Virus record (IMG/VR): IMGVR_UViG_3300037339_000150
Coordinates: 1 to 55,841 of that record
DNA length: 55,841 nt
Source of the DNA: a virus
Lineage: Duplodnaviria > Caudoviricetes
Strand: one strand, 5' to 3'
Shown piece after piece: positions 44,637 to 54,314 of this stretch. Position 1 is the first letter of the stretch, and every line of letters begins with the position of its first letter. A program made the position numbers and the translations under genes. The notes below the pieces were generated by a model. The model did not search any database. It was not told where the DNA came from and was given only the letters and a program-made list of their open reading frames with translations.

Positions 44637-44963
44637 CTAGTCGTCCACTTCGATGCCAGCCTGTTTGAGGTAGGCTACGGCATCGTCCCGGTACACGGAC
44701 TCTTCTTCGCCCGGCCCAATGTACCCAAGGAAGTTCTGCGTGTTCTCGCAGATGGCGACTTCGGTGCCTGCAAGCAGGCCCTTGACGCCGGTGCGGTCTA
44801 TGCCTTCCTCATCCCGCCACCGGCATAGCGCCCACCCAGCAAGGGGCAGGCTGTAGACAATGCCTTCGTCCTCGGGATCGGCGTTCGCAAACACCGCCCG
44901 GAACATCACGGCATCGAGCAACTGGACGATCAGGGGGTTCCGCTCGTTGAATGGCGTGCTCAT
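44637..44963 (-). CDS. Hypothetical protein
   Basis: Likely start ATG 44963 behind GGAG. Confidence 0.6.
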   Translation of the reverse strand: MSTPFNERNPLIVQLLDAVMFRAVFANADPEDEGIVYSLPLAGWALCRWRDEEGIDRTGVKGLLAGTEVAICENTQNFLGYIGPGEEESVYRDDAVAYLKQAGIEVDD

Positions 44964-45029
44964 GGCTCCAATGATACACACTCCGGCAATCGGCGCAAGC
45001 GCCACATCCGGTGCCGGAAACGAACGCTC

Positions 45030-45440
45030 CTATACGAGCTTGAAGGATAGCACCCAGACCTCAGGATTGCCCGGCCCCTCCGGGTTGAGCTTGTCCCACA
45101 TCTCAAAGAAGGCGTACCGGCTTGGAAATCCCTCGCGCTTGGCTCCGCCAGCCGTGATGTCCGCCAGCCGCTCGCGGCGGATGGCCCGGAGTTTGATGCG
45201 GGGGCCGATGCCGGGCTTGCCTCGGCCGGGCTGGATGCTGTAGGTCTGACCCACCCGCCACTTGACGACCTCCTGCCCACTGCCCGTGCCATAGCGCCAG
45301 TGCAGGACCATCTGAATCTTGCCATCGGCCATCACCGAACTCTCGCCGGGCTTCACGATCCGCCGGGTCTCCGTCTTGTCCCCTCGGAGGATCGCCTTGC
45401 ACAACTCGGGCTTGAACAGCATCTCAGGCTCCTTATTCAA
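45030..45440 (-). CDS. ASCH domain protein
   Basis: FKPEL..AILRGDKTETRR...ERLADIT...AKREGF...VWVLSF. Confidence 0.85.
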   Translation of the reverse strand: MNKEPEMLFKPELCKAILRGDKTETRRIVKPGESSVMADGKIQMVLHWRYGTGSGQEVVKWRVGQTYSIQPGRGKPGIGPRIKLRAIRRERLADITAGGAKREGFPSRYAFFEMWDKLNPEGPGNPEVWVLSFKLV

Positions 45441-45485
45441 GCGAAAGGCGCTTTGGTTGAATAGCGCCGCCGCTATTCAAGCGAA

Positions 45486-45968
45486 CTAGAACTGCACGTC
45501 GAAGTCCAGCAGGACCAGCGGCCCAATGGCAATCCGCAGGCTGTAGTAGCCGCCCCAATTCCAGCCGACATCGAAGCCCACCATCCAGTCCTTCGAGTTC
45601 CACGCCAGCAGGCGCAGGCTGAACGGGCAGTCGAACGACCACCAGTTCCAGTCGCACAGGAAGCGGGAGTCGAACGGCTGGTCGTTGTCCTTGTCATCCA
45701 CAGCATCGCCGTTGTCGTCAACCGGCTCGTAGGTCATGGCGAAGACATTGGGTTTGCACGGATAGATTTCGCCAACCACCCCTTTGATAATCCAGTCTCC
45801 GGGCGAGGCCTCCATCACGCCTTCGTCCGTATGCAGAAGTAGCTGATTTCCGTCCATGCCGTAGCTGGCGTGCGGTCCAGCGAAACCCATCACCACATCC
45901 CGCGTCACGGGGTCGCCCTCGTAGCGCACGGCCTCGATGACGACCGGCATCTTGCGGAACTTCATCAT
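45486..45968 (-). CDS. Conserved phage protein (PGDWIIKG family)
   Basis: MKFRKMPVVIEA...TDEGVM.ASPGDWIIKG..GEIYPCKP..F..TYE; start re-assigned to 45968. Confidence 0.8.
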   Translation of the reverse strand: MMKFRKMPVVIEAVRYEGDPVTRDVVMGFAGPHASYGMDGNQLLLHTDEGVMEASPGDWIIKGVVGEIYPCKPNVFAMTYEPVDDNGDAVDDKDNDQPFDSRFLCDWNWWSFDCPFSLRLLAWNSKDWMVGFDVGWNWGGYYSLRIAIGPLVLLDFDVQF

Positions 45969-46150
45969 AGCCAGCCTCCAACCCACAGCAGAAGTGCGGA
46001 GAACAAGGCGAAGACGAGGGCCTTGAAGAGCGCGTTGGGCACCCACCCATCCTGCCCGCGCATGAAATGAAGCAGTGCGAGGATGAAGCCCAAGAGGGCA
46101 CCGATCCACATGCCACAGCCCATCGTCCCGAGGAACAATTCAGATTCCAT
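45965..46150 (-). CDS. Small membrane protein
   Basis: MESELFLG..., two hydrophobic helices, coupled to neighbours. Confidence 0.55.
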   Translation of the reverse strand: MESELFLGTMGCGMWIGALLGFILALLHFMRGQDGWVPNALFKALVFALFSALLLWVGGWL

Positions 46151-46523
46151 AGTAGTGCTTCTCCATCCTGCGCCGCCAGCGCCGGGCGTTGTCCTCGGCC
46201 AGCGACTCGCTCCCCTCGTCGGTGAACTGGTAGGTCGTCGTCCGCCGCTCGCCGGGGGCCGGAGCGATATGCGCCTGAACCACGTCCCGGCTCGACTCCT
46301 TGCGCCCGGAGGTCGTCTTGCAGTAGCCGAGGCTGTCGGGTAGGATGCGGCGCTCGGTATGGGGCTTCCCCAACTGGCGCTCGAACTCGTTGCGCATCCG
46401 CTGTGCCGATGGGAGGGATCGAGCAACCCCCCACAGCCGGATGCCGCGCCACTGCACGATCACCTGCCACAGACCCCGGCTCTCCCGGAAGTGGATGCCC
46501 TTGTACCCGGTATTGGAAATCAC
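46140..46523 (-). CDS. AP2-like DNA-binding protein
   Basis: SNTGYKGIHFRESRGLWQV...A...RNEFE; GTG start overlapping the upstream stop. Confidence 0.55.
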   Translation of the reverse strand: MISNTGYKGIHFRESRGLWQVIVQWRGIRLWGVARSLPSAQRMRNEFERQLGKPHTERRILPDSLGYCKTTSGRKESSRDVVQAHIAPAPGERRTTTYQFTDEGSESLAEDNARRWRRRMEKHYYGI

Positions 46524-47047
46524 GTCTTCGTCTCCTTCGGTTCGGGTAGAGCGGCACGTCCGACTACCGCACCGCTTAGGCCCGAGTTGTAGAGCGCCTT
46601 GGCGTTCTCTTCTCCATAGGCAATGAGCACCGATGGCCCCGGCCCCTGCTTTGCCGTGTATGTTCCGGGACGAAAGAATGCGATCCTTCCGAAAAAGAAG
46701 AGGAGCGCGTCGGCAAAGGGCCAAACCCATTGCTCGAAAGCGTCAGTCTCCGTTCGGGCGTAGGTCAGAGCAATACCGTTGCCGTGGCTCGCCATGCGGC
46801 GCACCCAAGGGCCAAGGTCTCCATAGGGCGGGTTGCACCACACCCTGCCCTCCCATTCTGCCCGCAGGCCGTTGTCCACCTGCGTCAGCATCCTGTTTGC
46901 CGTAGGCCACGTCTGACGCATGGATGCGCACGGGTCAAGGTCAAATGGTCCAAGCGCCTTCAGGATGTAGGGTGGCGTGAGCCAGTCATCGGACGCCTGT
47001 TGCGCAACCTCGTGCCCGAAACCCATGCGTTGCTGTTTCTCTTTCAT
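46520..47047 (-). CDS. Phage DNA N6-adenine methyltransferase
   Basis: DDWLTP...FDLDPC...VWCNPPYG...ARTET. Confidence 0.88.
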   Translation of the reverse strand: MKEKQQRMGFGHEVAQQASDDWLTPPYILKALGPFDLDPCASMRQTWPTANRMLTQVDNGLRAEWEGRVWCNPPYGDLGPWVRRMASHGNGIALTYARTETDAFEQWVWPFADALLFFFGRIAFFRPGTYTAKQGPGPSVLIAYGEENAKALYNSGLSGAVVGRAALPEPKETKT

Positions 47048-47382
47048 CCTTGTGTCTTCGCCTCCTTCGGCTCAAGCATGGCGGCGAGCGTGAGCGCCTG
47101 CGACTTCACCTTCCACGGCAGTCCGTCAATGTACGTTTGCATGTACGCGTAGCCGTACTGCTCGATCTTCTGTAGGAGCAGGATGCGACGGGCGTTGTGG
47201 CTGTCGGCCATCTTCCCGACGTTGTGGGCGAGGCAGACATCCGAGATGAGGGGGGCGGGGCAGGTGCGCAGAAGGTCCCGGACCTCCGCGTTGCCTCTCG
47301 CCATATTTTTCGAGATGAGGTGATGGCCGTGAAGAGGCCCCCTGCACTCGACGAGGTAGCCCTTGAGCGCACATTCCTTCAC
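47044..47382 (-). CDS. Small HNH-like/Cys-His protein
   Basis: C.GPL.GHHLI...VCLAHN; GTG start at 47382 (GTGA overlap). Confidence 0.5.
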   Translation of the reverse strand: MKECALKGYLVECRGPLHGHHLISKNMARGNAEVRDLLRTCPAPLISDVCLAHNVGKMADSHNARRILLLQKIEQYGYAYMQTYIDGLPWKVKSQALTLAAMLEPKEAKTQG

Positions 47383-47588
47383 CCTTTGGCCTGCTCCAAG
47401 ACCGCCATGAGCATCCCCTGAAGCAGTCCGCTCAGATAGACGAAGAAGATGCCCGCCACCACGCCGAGGGCCTGCGAGAAACCGAGGCCCATCTTGTCGA
47501 GGGCCAGCATGATGATGCCCATGCCCAACAGGAGGAACCCGAGGATAGTCGCCTTGGCAATCCACAGGTCGCGCTTCTCTTTGCTCAT
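47379..47588 (-). CDS. Small membrane protein
   Basis: Two hydrophobic helices; coupled. Confidence 0.6.
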   Translation of the reverse strand: MSKEKRDLWIAKATILGFLLLGMGIIMLALDKMGLGFSQALGVVAGIFFVYLSGLLQGMLMAVLEQAKG

Positions 47589-48001
47589 TCGTAGCCTCCC
47601 ATCCCCGCCCCCAGCGGCACGAGGTTGATTCCCTCAGCACCCAAGCCCAGCCCGATGCTCCCGTCAGTGATGTTCCAGCCCAACTGCAAGCCGCCAGCGG
47701 CAGGCACGCTGTACGCTGGGCTGTACGCCGGGCTGTACGCTGGGCTGTACGCCGCGCCGCCGATGGAGCACATGGCCTGCACGCCGTTGGACAGGGTGCA
47801 GGGGAACCAGCCGTGATCCGGCGTGGGGACCACCGTGGGGCACAGACAGGCGTCGGCCGTCACCGGGCACCCCGAGCAATCGACGGCCGGGCCTTGTCCC
47901 CAAGGCGTGCTCAATAGGTAGGCTATCAGCCCAAGAGTGACAATCGTTGCCAACAAGACTCCTGCGAACCGCACAACGTAGTACCGGGTGAAGTCATCCA
48001 T
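47585..48001 (-). CDS. Membrane-anchored hypothetical protein with (AYSP)n repeat
   Basis: N-terminal TM segment, Cys-rich, 12-bp tandem repeat. Confidence 0.6.
   Translation of the reverse strand: MDDFTRYYVVRFAGVLLATIVTLGLIAYLLSTPWGQGPAVDCSGCPVTADACLCPTVVPTPDHGWFPCTLSNGVQAMCSIGGAAYSPAYSPAYSPAYSVPAAGGLQLGWNITDGSIGLGLGAEGINLVPLGAGMGGYE
47708..47752. repeat. 12-bp tandem repeat GCTGTACGCYGG, ~4 copies
   Basis: Units at 47708, 47720, 47732, 47744. Confidence 0.85.
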
Positions 48002-48123
48002 CGTCTTCCCCCGTCTCCTCCAACATCCCGCCCACGAACCGGGCGAGCCAAACGATAACGCCGAGCACCACGATGATGACCGACGACCCTATGGCAAGAA
48101 TGGTAAAGGTAAGCGAGTCGCTA

Positions 48124-48561
48124 CTATAGTGCATGACCCAAGGCCTCCATCGTTTCCTTCACCTTCTTATCCTTGAACCCACAGAACATGCAGTCGTCGT
48201 TGTGTCCGACCCCAACGATGTATCTCATGCCAGCGTCGAGCCTCTTGATAACGACGGCCGGAGGCAGGCCGGTATCCGCGTAGCGGACAGTCACTTCGAT
48301 GGGGCGGTTCCCGTGGTCCGGGCGCGGCATCATCGTAAACGTCACGAAGTTCTTGGCGTCCATGCCTTCGAGCAGGGCGATGCACCGGGAGGAGAAATCA
48401 GCAATCGCGGCGAAGGATGCTTGGACCTCAAACGTGGGCTTCCCCTCGCGCTCGGAGAGCTTGACCGACTCGATGCGCACGTCTTCCAGCCGGGTCATGT
48501 TGGCTCGCATCCGCCAGTCGATGTAGGCCCCGGCCGCTTTGTCTATCCACCCGAGCATCAC
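48124..48561 (-). CDS. Hypothetical protein
   Basis: Coupled ORF on the coding strand. Confidence 0.65.
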   Translation of the reverse strand: MMLGWIDKAAGAYIDWRMRANMTRLEDVRIESVKLSEREGKPTFEVQASFAAIADFSSRCIALLEGMDAKNFVTFTMMPRPDHGNRPIEVTVRYADTGLPPAVVIKRLDAGMRYIVGVGHNDDCMFCGFKDKKVKETMEALGHAL

Positions 48562-48920
48562 CGATCCTCCCCGCTACCCTTGAGCGTGCCCCGGTCGGCC
48601 CGGTCAGCCAACTTCGCTAGGTTGTCGTTGGCGATGCCGCTCAGAGAGACGCCGAGCACGTTCGCCGCCTCCGCCAGATACCAGAGTTGGTCGCCTATCT
48701 CCCCAATCAGCCAAGCCCGCACGTCGAACGGCAGGCTCTCGGGCTTGGAAATGTCGGCCCCCTCGAAGTCGCCCCGGATCACCTTCTTGACGTATCCCTG
48801 AAACTCTCCGGCCTCACTCCCCATGCCCAAGGCCAGATACACCAGCGCCGCGTCCTTCGGGTAGACGGCGGTCTCCGCCGTGCGATCTTGATACTCGTCG
48901 AGGGTCAAAGGCTCAGTCAT
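48558..48920 (-). CDS. mazG: MazG-like nucleoside triphosphate pyrophosphohydrolase
   Basis: EYQ..TAVYP...SEAGE...KK...EIGDQLWY...NLAKL.DR..RGTLKGSG. Confidence 0.88.
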   Translation of the reverse strand: MTEPLTLDEYQDRTAETAVYPKDAALVYLALGMGSEAGEFQGYVKKVIRGDFEGADISKPESLPFDVRAWLIGEIGDQLWYLAEAANVLGVSLSGIANDNLAKLADRADRGTLKGSGEDR

Positions 48921-48981
48921 CTTGGAAATCTCTCCCTACAGACAACCGCAGTTTACTCCGGTTCGGTGATCGGCGCAAGGG

Positions 48982-49203
48982 TTAGCGCCGGGTCCAGCGC
49001 CACAGGTTGCGCGCATGGATGACGCTGTAGGCGATCACGCCCGGCAGGAAGCCCCATTGCCGGGTCCCGACCGTGTAGGCCAGCCACAGGACTTGCCCCA
49101 CCAGCCCCACAGCAGGCCCCCAGCGGCTCTTGTTGCCCATCAGCCAGAGCATCAGGCAGGAGACCGCCGACAGGACCCAAGGGAACCACTCAGCGTGTGT
49201 CAT
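48982..49203 (-). CDS. Small membrane protein (PnuC-like)
   Basis: WLMGNK.RWG..VGL..Q.LW..Y pattern, three TM segments. Confidence 0.6.
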   Translation of the reverse strand: MTHAEWFPWVLSAVSCLMLWLMGNKSRWGPAVGLVGQVLWLAYTVGTRQWGFLPGVIAYSVIHARNLWRWTRR

Positions 49204-49208
49204 GGCGG

Positions 49209-49520
49209 CTAGTCGCAGTCAATCGCTACGAAGGCCCCATCACAGGACATGCAATCGTTCTGGACCATGATGCACGCATCAGGGAGATAACCGGGGCGCG
49301 TCACGAGCAACTGATAGACTGTGGCTCTCCCAACTCTGTCGGCAGAGAGCACCACGGTCCCGGCCCCCTTCTCAATCGCCACGGGCGCGGCGGCGGGCGG
49401 CGAGTCCATTTGCGTTTCCGTTGCGGACGAGACCGGGGCGCAGGATGCGATACCCGCCAGAATGAGAACCAGCACAAGCCCCGTGTAGACAACCACCAGC
49501 CAACGCCAATTCGGTTTCAT
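49209..49520 (-). CDS. Putative lipoprotein
   Basis: MKPNWRW + hydrophobic stretch + IASC lipobox-like; start re-assigned to 49520. Confidence 0.6.
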   Translation of the reverse strand: MKPNWRWLVVVYTGLVLVLILAGIASCAPVSSATETQMDSPPAAAPVAIEKGAGTVVLSADRVGRATVYQLLVTRPGYLPDACIMVQNDCMSCDGAFVAIDCD

Positions 49521-49521
49521 A

Positions 49522-50127
49522 TCAGCCTCCCTGTTGGGCAAAATCCTTCCAGTCAACCCAGTCAATCTGCGTCGGCGGTCGTCTGATCGTCGGGCAGTAA
49601 TCCCAGACGAACCACGCGAACGCAATCATGGACGACGACTTGTTGCCCTCCCACCCGACGCGGTGCATCCGAGGCAGACGCCGAGAGAAGACATGAACTC
49701 GTGTCGGTGGATGGACTTGAAAAAGGCCTCCACGCAGTCCTTCGAGAAAAGCCAATCGCAGAAGCAGGCACGCCTTACCGCCGGTCTGTGCAATGTGGCC
49801 GATGCTTGTCAGCACGAACTTGTTTGCGATGCGATAGGGGGGATTGGTCACGATGTCGATGAACCGAGATGGAGGCGGATGCCGCAGGAAGTCCGTGCCC
49901 GTCACGATGTCCGACTCCACGACCTCGATGCCTCGGGAGCGCAGGACCTTGGAAATCGCACCGTCGCCAGCCGCAGGCTCCCAGCAAGGGGACGCCAACT
50001 TCTCGCAGGCGCACAGGGCTTCGGTTGCCACGGGAGGCGTCTCGTAGAAGTCTCGGGAATCTCGCCCGTTGTCTGTGGTAGCGCCGACTGAGCGCCCCGC
50101 CCACTTCGCGTCCCTGCTCTTGGTCAC
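49522..50127 (-). CDS. DNA N6-adenine methyltransferase
   Basis: DFYETP...WEPAAGDG...IVTNPPY...LLRLAFLEG. Confidence 0.85.
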   Translation of the reverse strand: MTKSRDAKWAGRSVGATTDNGRDSRDFYETPPVATEALCACEKLASPCWEPAAGDGAISKVLRSRGIEVVESDIVTGTDFLRHPPPSRFIDIVTNPPYRIANKFVLTSIGHIAQTGGKACLLLRLAFLEGLRGGLFQVHPPTRVHVFSRRLPRMHRVGWEGNKSSSMIAFAWFVWDYCPTIRRPPTQIDWVDWKDFAQQGG

Positions 50128-51344
50128 GCGAGTTGCCCCCCGAACAGCGGCAGGTCATCGAGGCGTCCGACCGGCGTCCGCTTGAGCACGCGCACCGCCG
50201 CCTCTTCCCGGAGGTACTGGCGACTGATGTCCAGCCCGGCCCAGTCCACGCCCAACTCCTCAGCCGCCAGCGCAGTGCTCCCTGACCCGATGAACGGATC
50301 GAGCACCCGCCCGGCGACCGGCTCCCGTGGGTCGTCGCACGAGCACGACGGCCGGTAGCGGGCAGTTGTGTAGGACTGTGACCATCCCATGCCGCAGGCC
50401 GGGCAGGCATGGCGCGGGACAGTGGAGGCGATCAGGGGCACGACCAGCGACGGGGGGTACGTTGCGAAGTGCTCGCCCTTGTAGTTCGAGCGGGCCGGGC
50501 GCAGAATGTCACGGGGATTGGCGTCGGTCTGCATGACCATCTTGGCGGCGGCGCGGTCGGCCCAGTAGCCCATGCCCTTCGTGAGCATGAAAATCTGCTC
50601 GTAGGAGCGGGTATGCCGCCACGATCCTTGCCGCAGGCGCTCAGGGCCTTCTCCGCCGCTTCCCTTGCATTTGGGGCACTTGGGGTCCGGCCCGATGTCC
50701 CCGGCCTTCCTGTAGACCCTGTGGCGCTCCACGCCTTGCTCTGCCATCTGCTCCCGGATGCTGGCTTCCCTCCGCTCAGTGGTGCAGGTGCAGGAGTCCG
50801 GTTGCCAGCGCCAGCCGTCGATAGGCTCGGGCATCACGCTGTCCTTGACCCAGAGCGGCACGCCGCGCAGGGTCCAGCCATCAGCCTGCAAGGCAAAGGC
50901 CAAGCGCCAAGGGATGCCGATAGCGTCGCCGGGCTTGAGACCTTCGAGATGATGTCCGGGGTACTTCGGCTGGCCTTCCTTCAGCCCGCCCTCGTTGTAG
51001 TCCCCGCCAGCCCCGCCCGATCCGTTGTAGCTGTCTGCGATGTTCAGCCAGAGCACGCCGTCTTCCCGCAGGACCCGCTTGACCTCGCGGCAGACAAGGA
51101 GCATGTGCCAAACGTAGTCCTCGACGAAGGTCTCGGAGCCAAGCGCCCGGCGCATCTCAGGGACCCGCGCTTCGTGGAAGGTGTTGCCTGCCATGATGCG
51201 GTAGTAGCCTCCGGGCCAAAGGATGTCCTGCTCCCCGTGATACGCGCGGAGGCCGAAGTAAGGAGGCGAGAAGACAACCGAATGGAAATGCTTGTCGGGG
51301 AAGGGCATCTGGTGTGCAGTGCCCTGAGCCATGATGCCTGTCAT
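50124..51344 (-). CDS. DNA N4-cytosine/N6-adenine methyltransferase (beta class)
   Basis: SPPYFG...RVLREDG.LWLNIAD...HFATYP...VLDPFIGSGST. Confidence 0.9.
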   Translation of the reverse strand: MTGIMAQGTAHQMPFPDKHFHSVVFSPPYFGLRAYHGEQDILWPGGYYRIMAGNTFHEARVPEMRRALGSETFVEDYVWHMLLVCREVKRVLREDGVLWLNIADSYNGSGGAGGDYNEGGLKEGQPKYPGHHLEGLKPGDAIGIPWRLAFALQADGWTLRGVPLWVKDSVMPEPIDGWRWQPDSCTCTTERREASIREQMAEQGVERHRVYRKAGDIGPDPKCPKCKGSGGEGPERLRQGSWRHTRSYEQIFMLTKGMGYWADRAAAKMVMQTDANPRDILRPARSNYKGEHFATYPPSLVVPLIASTVPRHACPACGMGWSQSYTTARYRPSCSCDDPREPVAGRVLDPFIGSGSTALAAEELGVDWAGLDISRQYLREEAAVRVLKRTPVGRLDDLPLFGGQLA

Positions 51345-51943
51345 CCGTCATCCTTCGGCTTGTTGCCCATCGCCCGTGCGCTCATGCGCCCGGCCAGCGG
51401 ACCGATGAAGTCCAAGTCCTTCTGCATCCGGCGGATGGTGCGGCGCTGGTCAGTGATCCGTCGGTGATTGCGCCGCGCCCAGTATGCGGCGTTAGTATAC
51501 CGCGCTTGCCACTTGCGCGCAACCTTCCGGGACTTCCCGATGAGCCGGAGCGCCCGCCTGTAGTTCTGCTCCAAGGCCAGAACGTTGCGCAGGGGGTCCG
51601 ACTCATGCTTCAAGGGGCTGACTTCCCGGCACAACTCGGAGAGCACGGCGTAGGCTTCGAGCGGGTCGTCCGTCGGGTACAGCATCCCCCACTTGTCGGG
51701 CATCCACTCGTACAACGTCTTGAGCAGGGCAATGGAAATCGTCCGGGCCGTGTCCAGCCGGAACTCGATGCCCGGCTCGGTCTGCGGATTGGCCGTATTC
51801 ACTCGGCCATCTGGCTCGCGCAGGATCGGGGCGAGGCTGACGTGAACCTCTCCTCCCTCCTGCCAACTCGCGATACGCCACCAGCCGAACCCGTCCGGCT
51901 CACTTGGCGCTTCGACCTTGAGAATGGCAATCCGCTCATCCAT
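51341..51943 (-). CDS. Hypothetical protein
   Basis: Coupled ORF. Confidence 0.6.
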   Translation of the reverse strand: MDERIAILKVEAPSEPDGFGWWRIASWQEGGEVHVSLAPILREPDGRVNTANPQTEPGIEFRLDTARTISIALLKTLYEWMPDKWGMLYPTDDPLEAYAVLSELCREVSPLKHESDPLRNVLALEQNYRRALRLIGKSRKVARKWQARYTNAAYWARRNHRRITDQRRTIRRMQKDLDFIGPLAGRMSARAMGNKPKDDG

Positions 51944-52481
51944 TGTTGCCTCGCAGGAACGCCCACATCGACCGGCGCTTTGGCCTCGGGAAGAAGCTGT
52001 CCACGTCCTCTCCGATCAGCGTGTACCGCGATGCGTCTTTGACTGTCCCGTTTTCCGGGGCGAATGCCGACTCGCTCAGGAAGTCGCGGGTCTTGGCGAA
52101 GGCCACGGCCTCATCCCGGTCGAGGGTCAGGCGCTTCTCCATCGTTGCCGCCCGCACGACATGGTACATCGCCCGGAGCAGGGCCTCGGCGCTGTCGGGA
52201 TCGCCGATGATGCGGTCAGTCAAGAAGGTCTGCCTCTTGCGCTTATCTTCCCGTATCCATGCTTCGAGATTCGCTTGCTCCTTTTCCTTCGTGGCCTTGG
52301 CTCGCACAGCCATCTCCCGCCACTTGTTGTAGTCGTCCCGCGTGCGCTCAGTTTCCAGATACCACTTGGCGCGTGTCTCGTCGTTCAACTGGCGAGCGAT
52401 GGCAACGACATCCGCCCGCGTCCGCTCAAGCCGCTGGTCTGCTTCCTGCCTCGTTTCCGGCACTCTGAATCCGGGTGGCAT
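51936..52481 (-). CDS. Hypothetical coiled-coil protein
   Basis: Coupled ORF. Confidence 0.6.
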   Translation of the reverse strand: MPPGFRVPETRQEADQRLERTRADVVAIARQLNDETRAKWYLETERTRDDYNKWREMAVRAKATKEKEQANLEAWIREDKRKRQTFLTDRIIGDPDSAEALLRAMYHVVRAATMEKRLTLDRDEAVAFAKTRDFLSESAFAPENGTVKDASRYTLIGEDVDSFFPRPKRRSMWAFLRGNNG

Positions 52482-52656
52482 CAGTGTCCTCCATGAAGAT
52501 GTTGTCGCAGTCGCATATACCTGCCTGCGCTCGTGTCTGAAAGCCGAAAGCGATCCCGCCAGTCGGCTTACCGCACTGCTCGCACAGGTGTTCGCGCATC
52601 TCGGCGTCCAAGGCCTTCAGGCCGTCGAGCACGCCGAAGAACTTGCTTTCGTCCAT
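52426..52656 (-). CDS. Small Cys-containing hypothetical protein
   Basis: MDESKFF...CEQCGKP...CDC with AAGGAG RBS; the 3' end overlaps the next gene. Confidence 0.45.
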   Translation of the reverse strand: MDESKFFGVLDGLKALDAEMREHLCEQCGKPTGGIAFGFQTRAQAGICDCDNIFMEDTDATRIQSAGNEAGSRPAA

Positions 52657-53519
52657 CGGTACTCCTTTCTTGCCGTCCATGCTAGGGCGGCGAATGGAAT
52701 TAGTGCGAAGGGCAGGAAGGACCCGACAGCGTGCGACAGGCCAAGCGCCACCCAACTCACCGGAACCAGCAACCAATCCGGGCCGCAGTCCATCAGGAAC
52801 ACGGTGTCGTAGTAGCTGAACATCGGAGCGCCAAGCGCCATAGCCGCTTTGCTCAGGGGATAGCTGGTCGTCAGCAAGCCGAGCAGGCCGAGCGCCGCAC
52901 CCATGCAGGCCAGCGCCCATGTCGGCAGAGCCGTTGCATTCCAGACGCCCGCCCCCGGCCACTTGTAGGCGGTCGCCGCGCTGGACACCGCAAGGTATTC
53001 CGAGTAGACCGTTGGCCGCACAACCAGCGGGAGGATCAGGAGGGCAATGGAAATCAGCGTGGCCTTCACCAGTATCCAGCGTCCCTCGCTCGTCAGCATC
53101 CAGCGCACCACGAAGAAGGGGAGCGCCACGATTGCCAACTGGGGCTTGAGGGTGAACAGCGCCACAGCCACCGCGGCTCGCCATCCGCCCTTCCACAGCA
53201 GAGGGATGAGCAGGACGAAGAACAGCGAGACTTGCCCGCTGGCGATGACATGGAACACGGGGACGAAGAACAGCCAGAGAAGAGCACTGCGCCCCTTGAG
53301 GGCTACCAGCGCCATCACGTTCAGCCCGGTCACGGTCCACAGGACCACGCCCCACGGGAGCAGGGCAAGCACAGCGAACAGAAGGACCATTGCCGGAGGA
53401 TAGGCGGCTCCGGGCAGGGCATAGGGGTTCTGCCCGGCGAGGAGCGCCAGACCACAGCGGTACATGATGTCCAAGTCGAACCCCGGCCCCGTGATGGGAG
53501 GGAGGTCAGACCAGTTCAT
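52617..53519 (-). CDS. Membrane glycosyltransferase, GT87/DUF2029-like
   Basis: DL..MY...G.NPY...YPP...GQ...LKPQ...YD, multiple TM helices. Confidence 0.8.
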   Translation of the reverse strand: MNWSDLPPITGPGFDLDIMYRCGLALLAGQNPYALPGAAYPPAMVLLFAVLALLPWGVVLWTVTGLNVMALVALKGRSALLWLFFVPVFHVIASGQVSLFFVLLIPLLWKGGWRAAVAVALFTLKPQLAIVALPFFVVRWMLTSEGRWILVKATLISIALLILPLVVRPTVYSEYLAVSSAATAYKWPGAGVWNATALPTWALACMGAALGLLGLLTTSYPLSKAAMALGAPMFSYYDTVFLMDCGPDWLLVPVSWVALGLSHAVGSFLPFALIPFAALAWTARKEYRWTKASSSACSTA

Positions 53520-53574
53520 CAGTCATCCCTCCCGGCTGGCCCCAAGTGGAAGGTGGTGTTGGCGGCGGGCATTC

Positions 53575-53763
53575 TCAGGCCTCCTCTTCCAGCTTGTCGA
53601 GAAGGCGCATGAGGCCGGTCTTGGCGCTGGCCGCGAGGTATTTTTCGCCGTGGTCAAGTCGAGCGCCGCCGTCCGCCGAGTTCTCCCAAGCCTCAAGTTT
53701 GATAATGACGGCTTCGAGCCTGCGGATCGCGGAGCGCGTGGGGGGCTTGCACTTATCAGTCAT
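53575..53763 (-). CDS. Small hypothetical protein
   Basis: AAAGGA RBS, coding strand. Confidence 0.5.
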   Translation of the reverse strand: MTDKCKPPTRSAIRRLEAVIIKLEAWENSADGGARLDHGEKYLAASAKTGLMRLLDKLEEEA

Positions 53764-53846
53764 TTCGCCGGTCCTTTCTGCATGTGTCTTGCGCTTACAT
53801 TCTCCACCCGGCCTCCTCCGGGCGCAATAGGACTTCGGTACTATGC

Positions 53847-54302
53847 CTACTTGGTCTTGCGCTTCGCCTTTACCCCGTTGTCTATCAGTTGTCCGCTCAA
53901 GACCGTCGCTCGTGTCGGCTTGCTGTGGAACTTCCGGGTCAGGTCAATCAGCGACCGCACGAACTCAGGCCCGTGGCCGAGCCGCTTGGTCAGGAAATGT
54001 GCAAGCTCGTGAAGGAGGTCCTCTTCCGCAACGCCGATGATGATGCCGGTCTTCGGATCGAGGGGGACCACGATCTTCCGCCTTCTGCGGTCAACGTAGA
54101 CCTCTTGTTCGCTGGTAGACCTTGGCGTGTACGAGTCGAGCGTCATGTGCCAGTAGCCCGCGGGAACGCGGGAGCGCCACCAGCGAGAACGAGTGACGCG
54201 CTCGACGAAGGCCGACATCCCGGCCAGCGTCCAGAAAACCTGCCCCGGCGGGCAGGCGTCCTCAGCGTCGAACACTCTCTGTCTTTGGAAATCCCTTGCC
54301 AT
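53847..54302 (-). CDS. HExxH metallohydrolase (SprT-like)
   Basis: RDFQRQRVFDAE...LLHELAH...HGPEF. Confidence 0.8.
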   Translation of the reverse strand: MARDFQRQRVFDAEDACPPGQVFWTLAGMSAFVERVTRSRWWRSRVPAGYWHMTLDSYTPRSTSEQEVYVDRRRRKIVVPLDPKTGIIIGVAEEDLLHELAHFLTKRLGHGPEFVRSLIDLTRKFHSKPTRATVLSGQLIDNGVKAKRKTK

Positions 54303-54314
54303 ACCATCACCGCG

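Larger units (their letters stand above)
1753..54293 (+). repeat. Strand-polarised dispersed DNA word (W)TGGAAATC (GATTTCCAW on the coding strand)
   Basis: ~36 copies counted by eye on +, ~1 on -; present in all three frames and in intergenic DNA. Confidence 0.85.

Noticed and set aside
47708-47752. (AYSP)n tandem repeat as a phase-variation switch
   Set aside because: The 12-bp unit preserves frame; likely simple slippage in a low-complexity linker.
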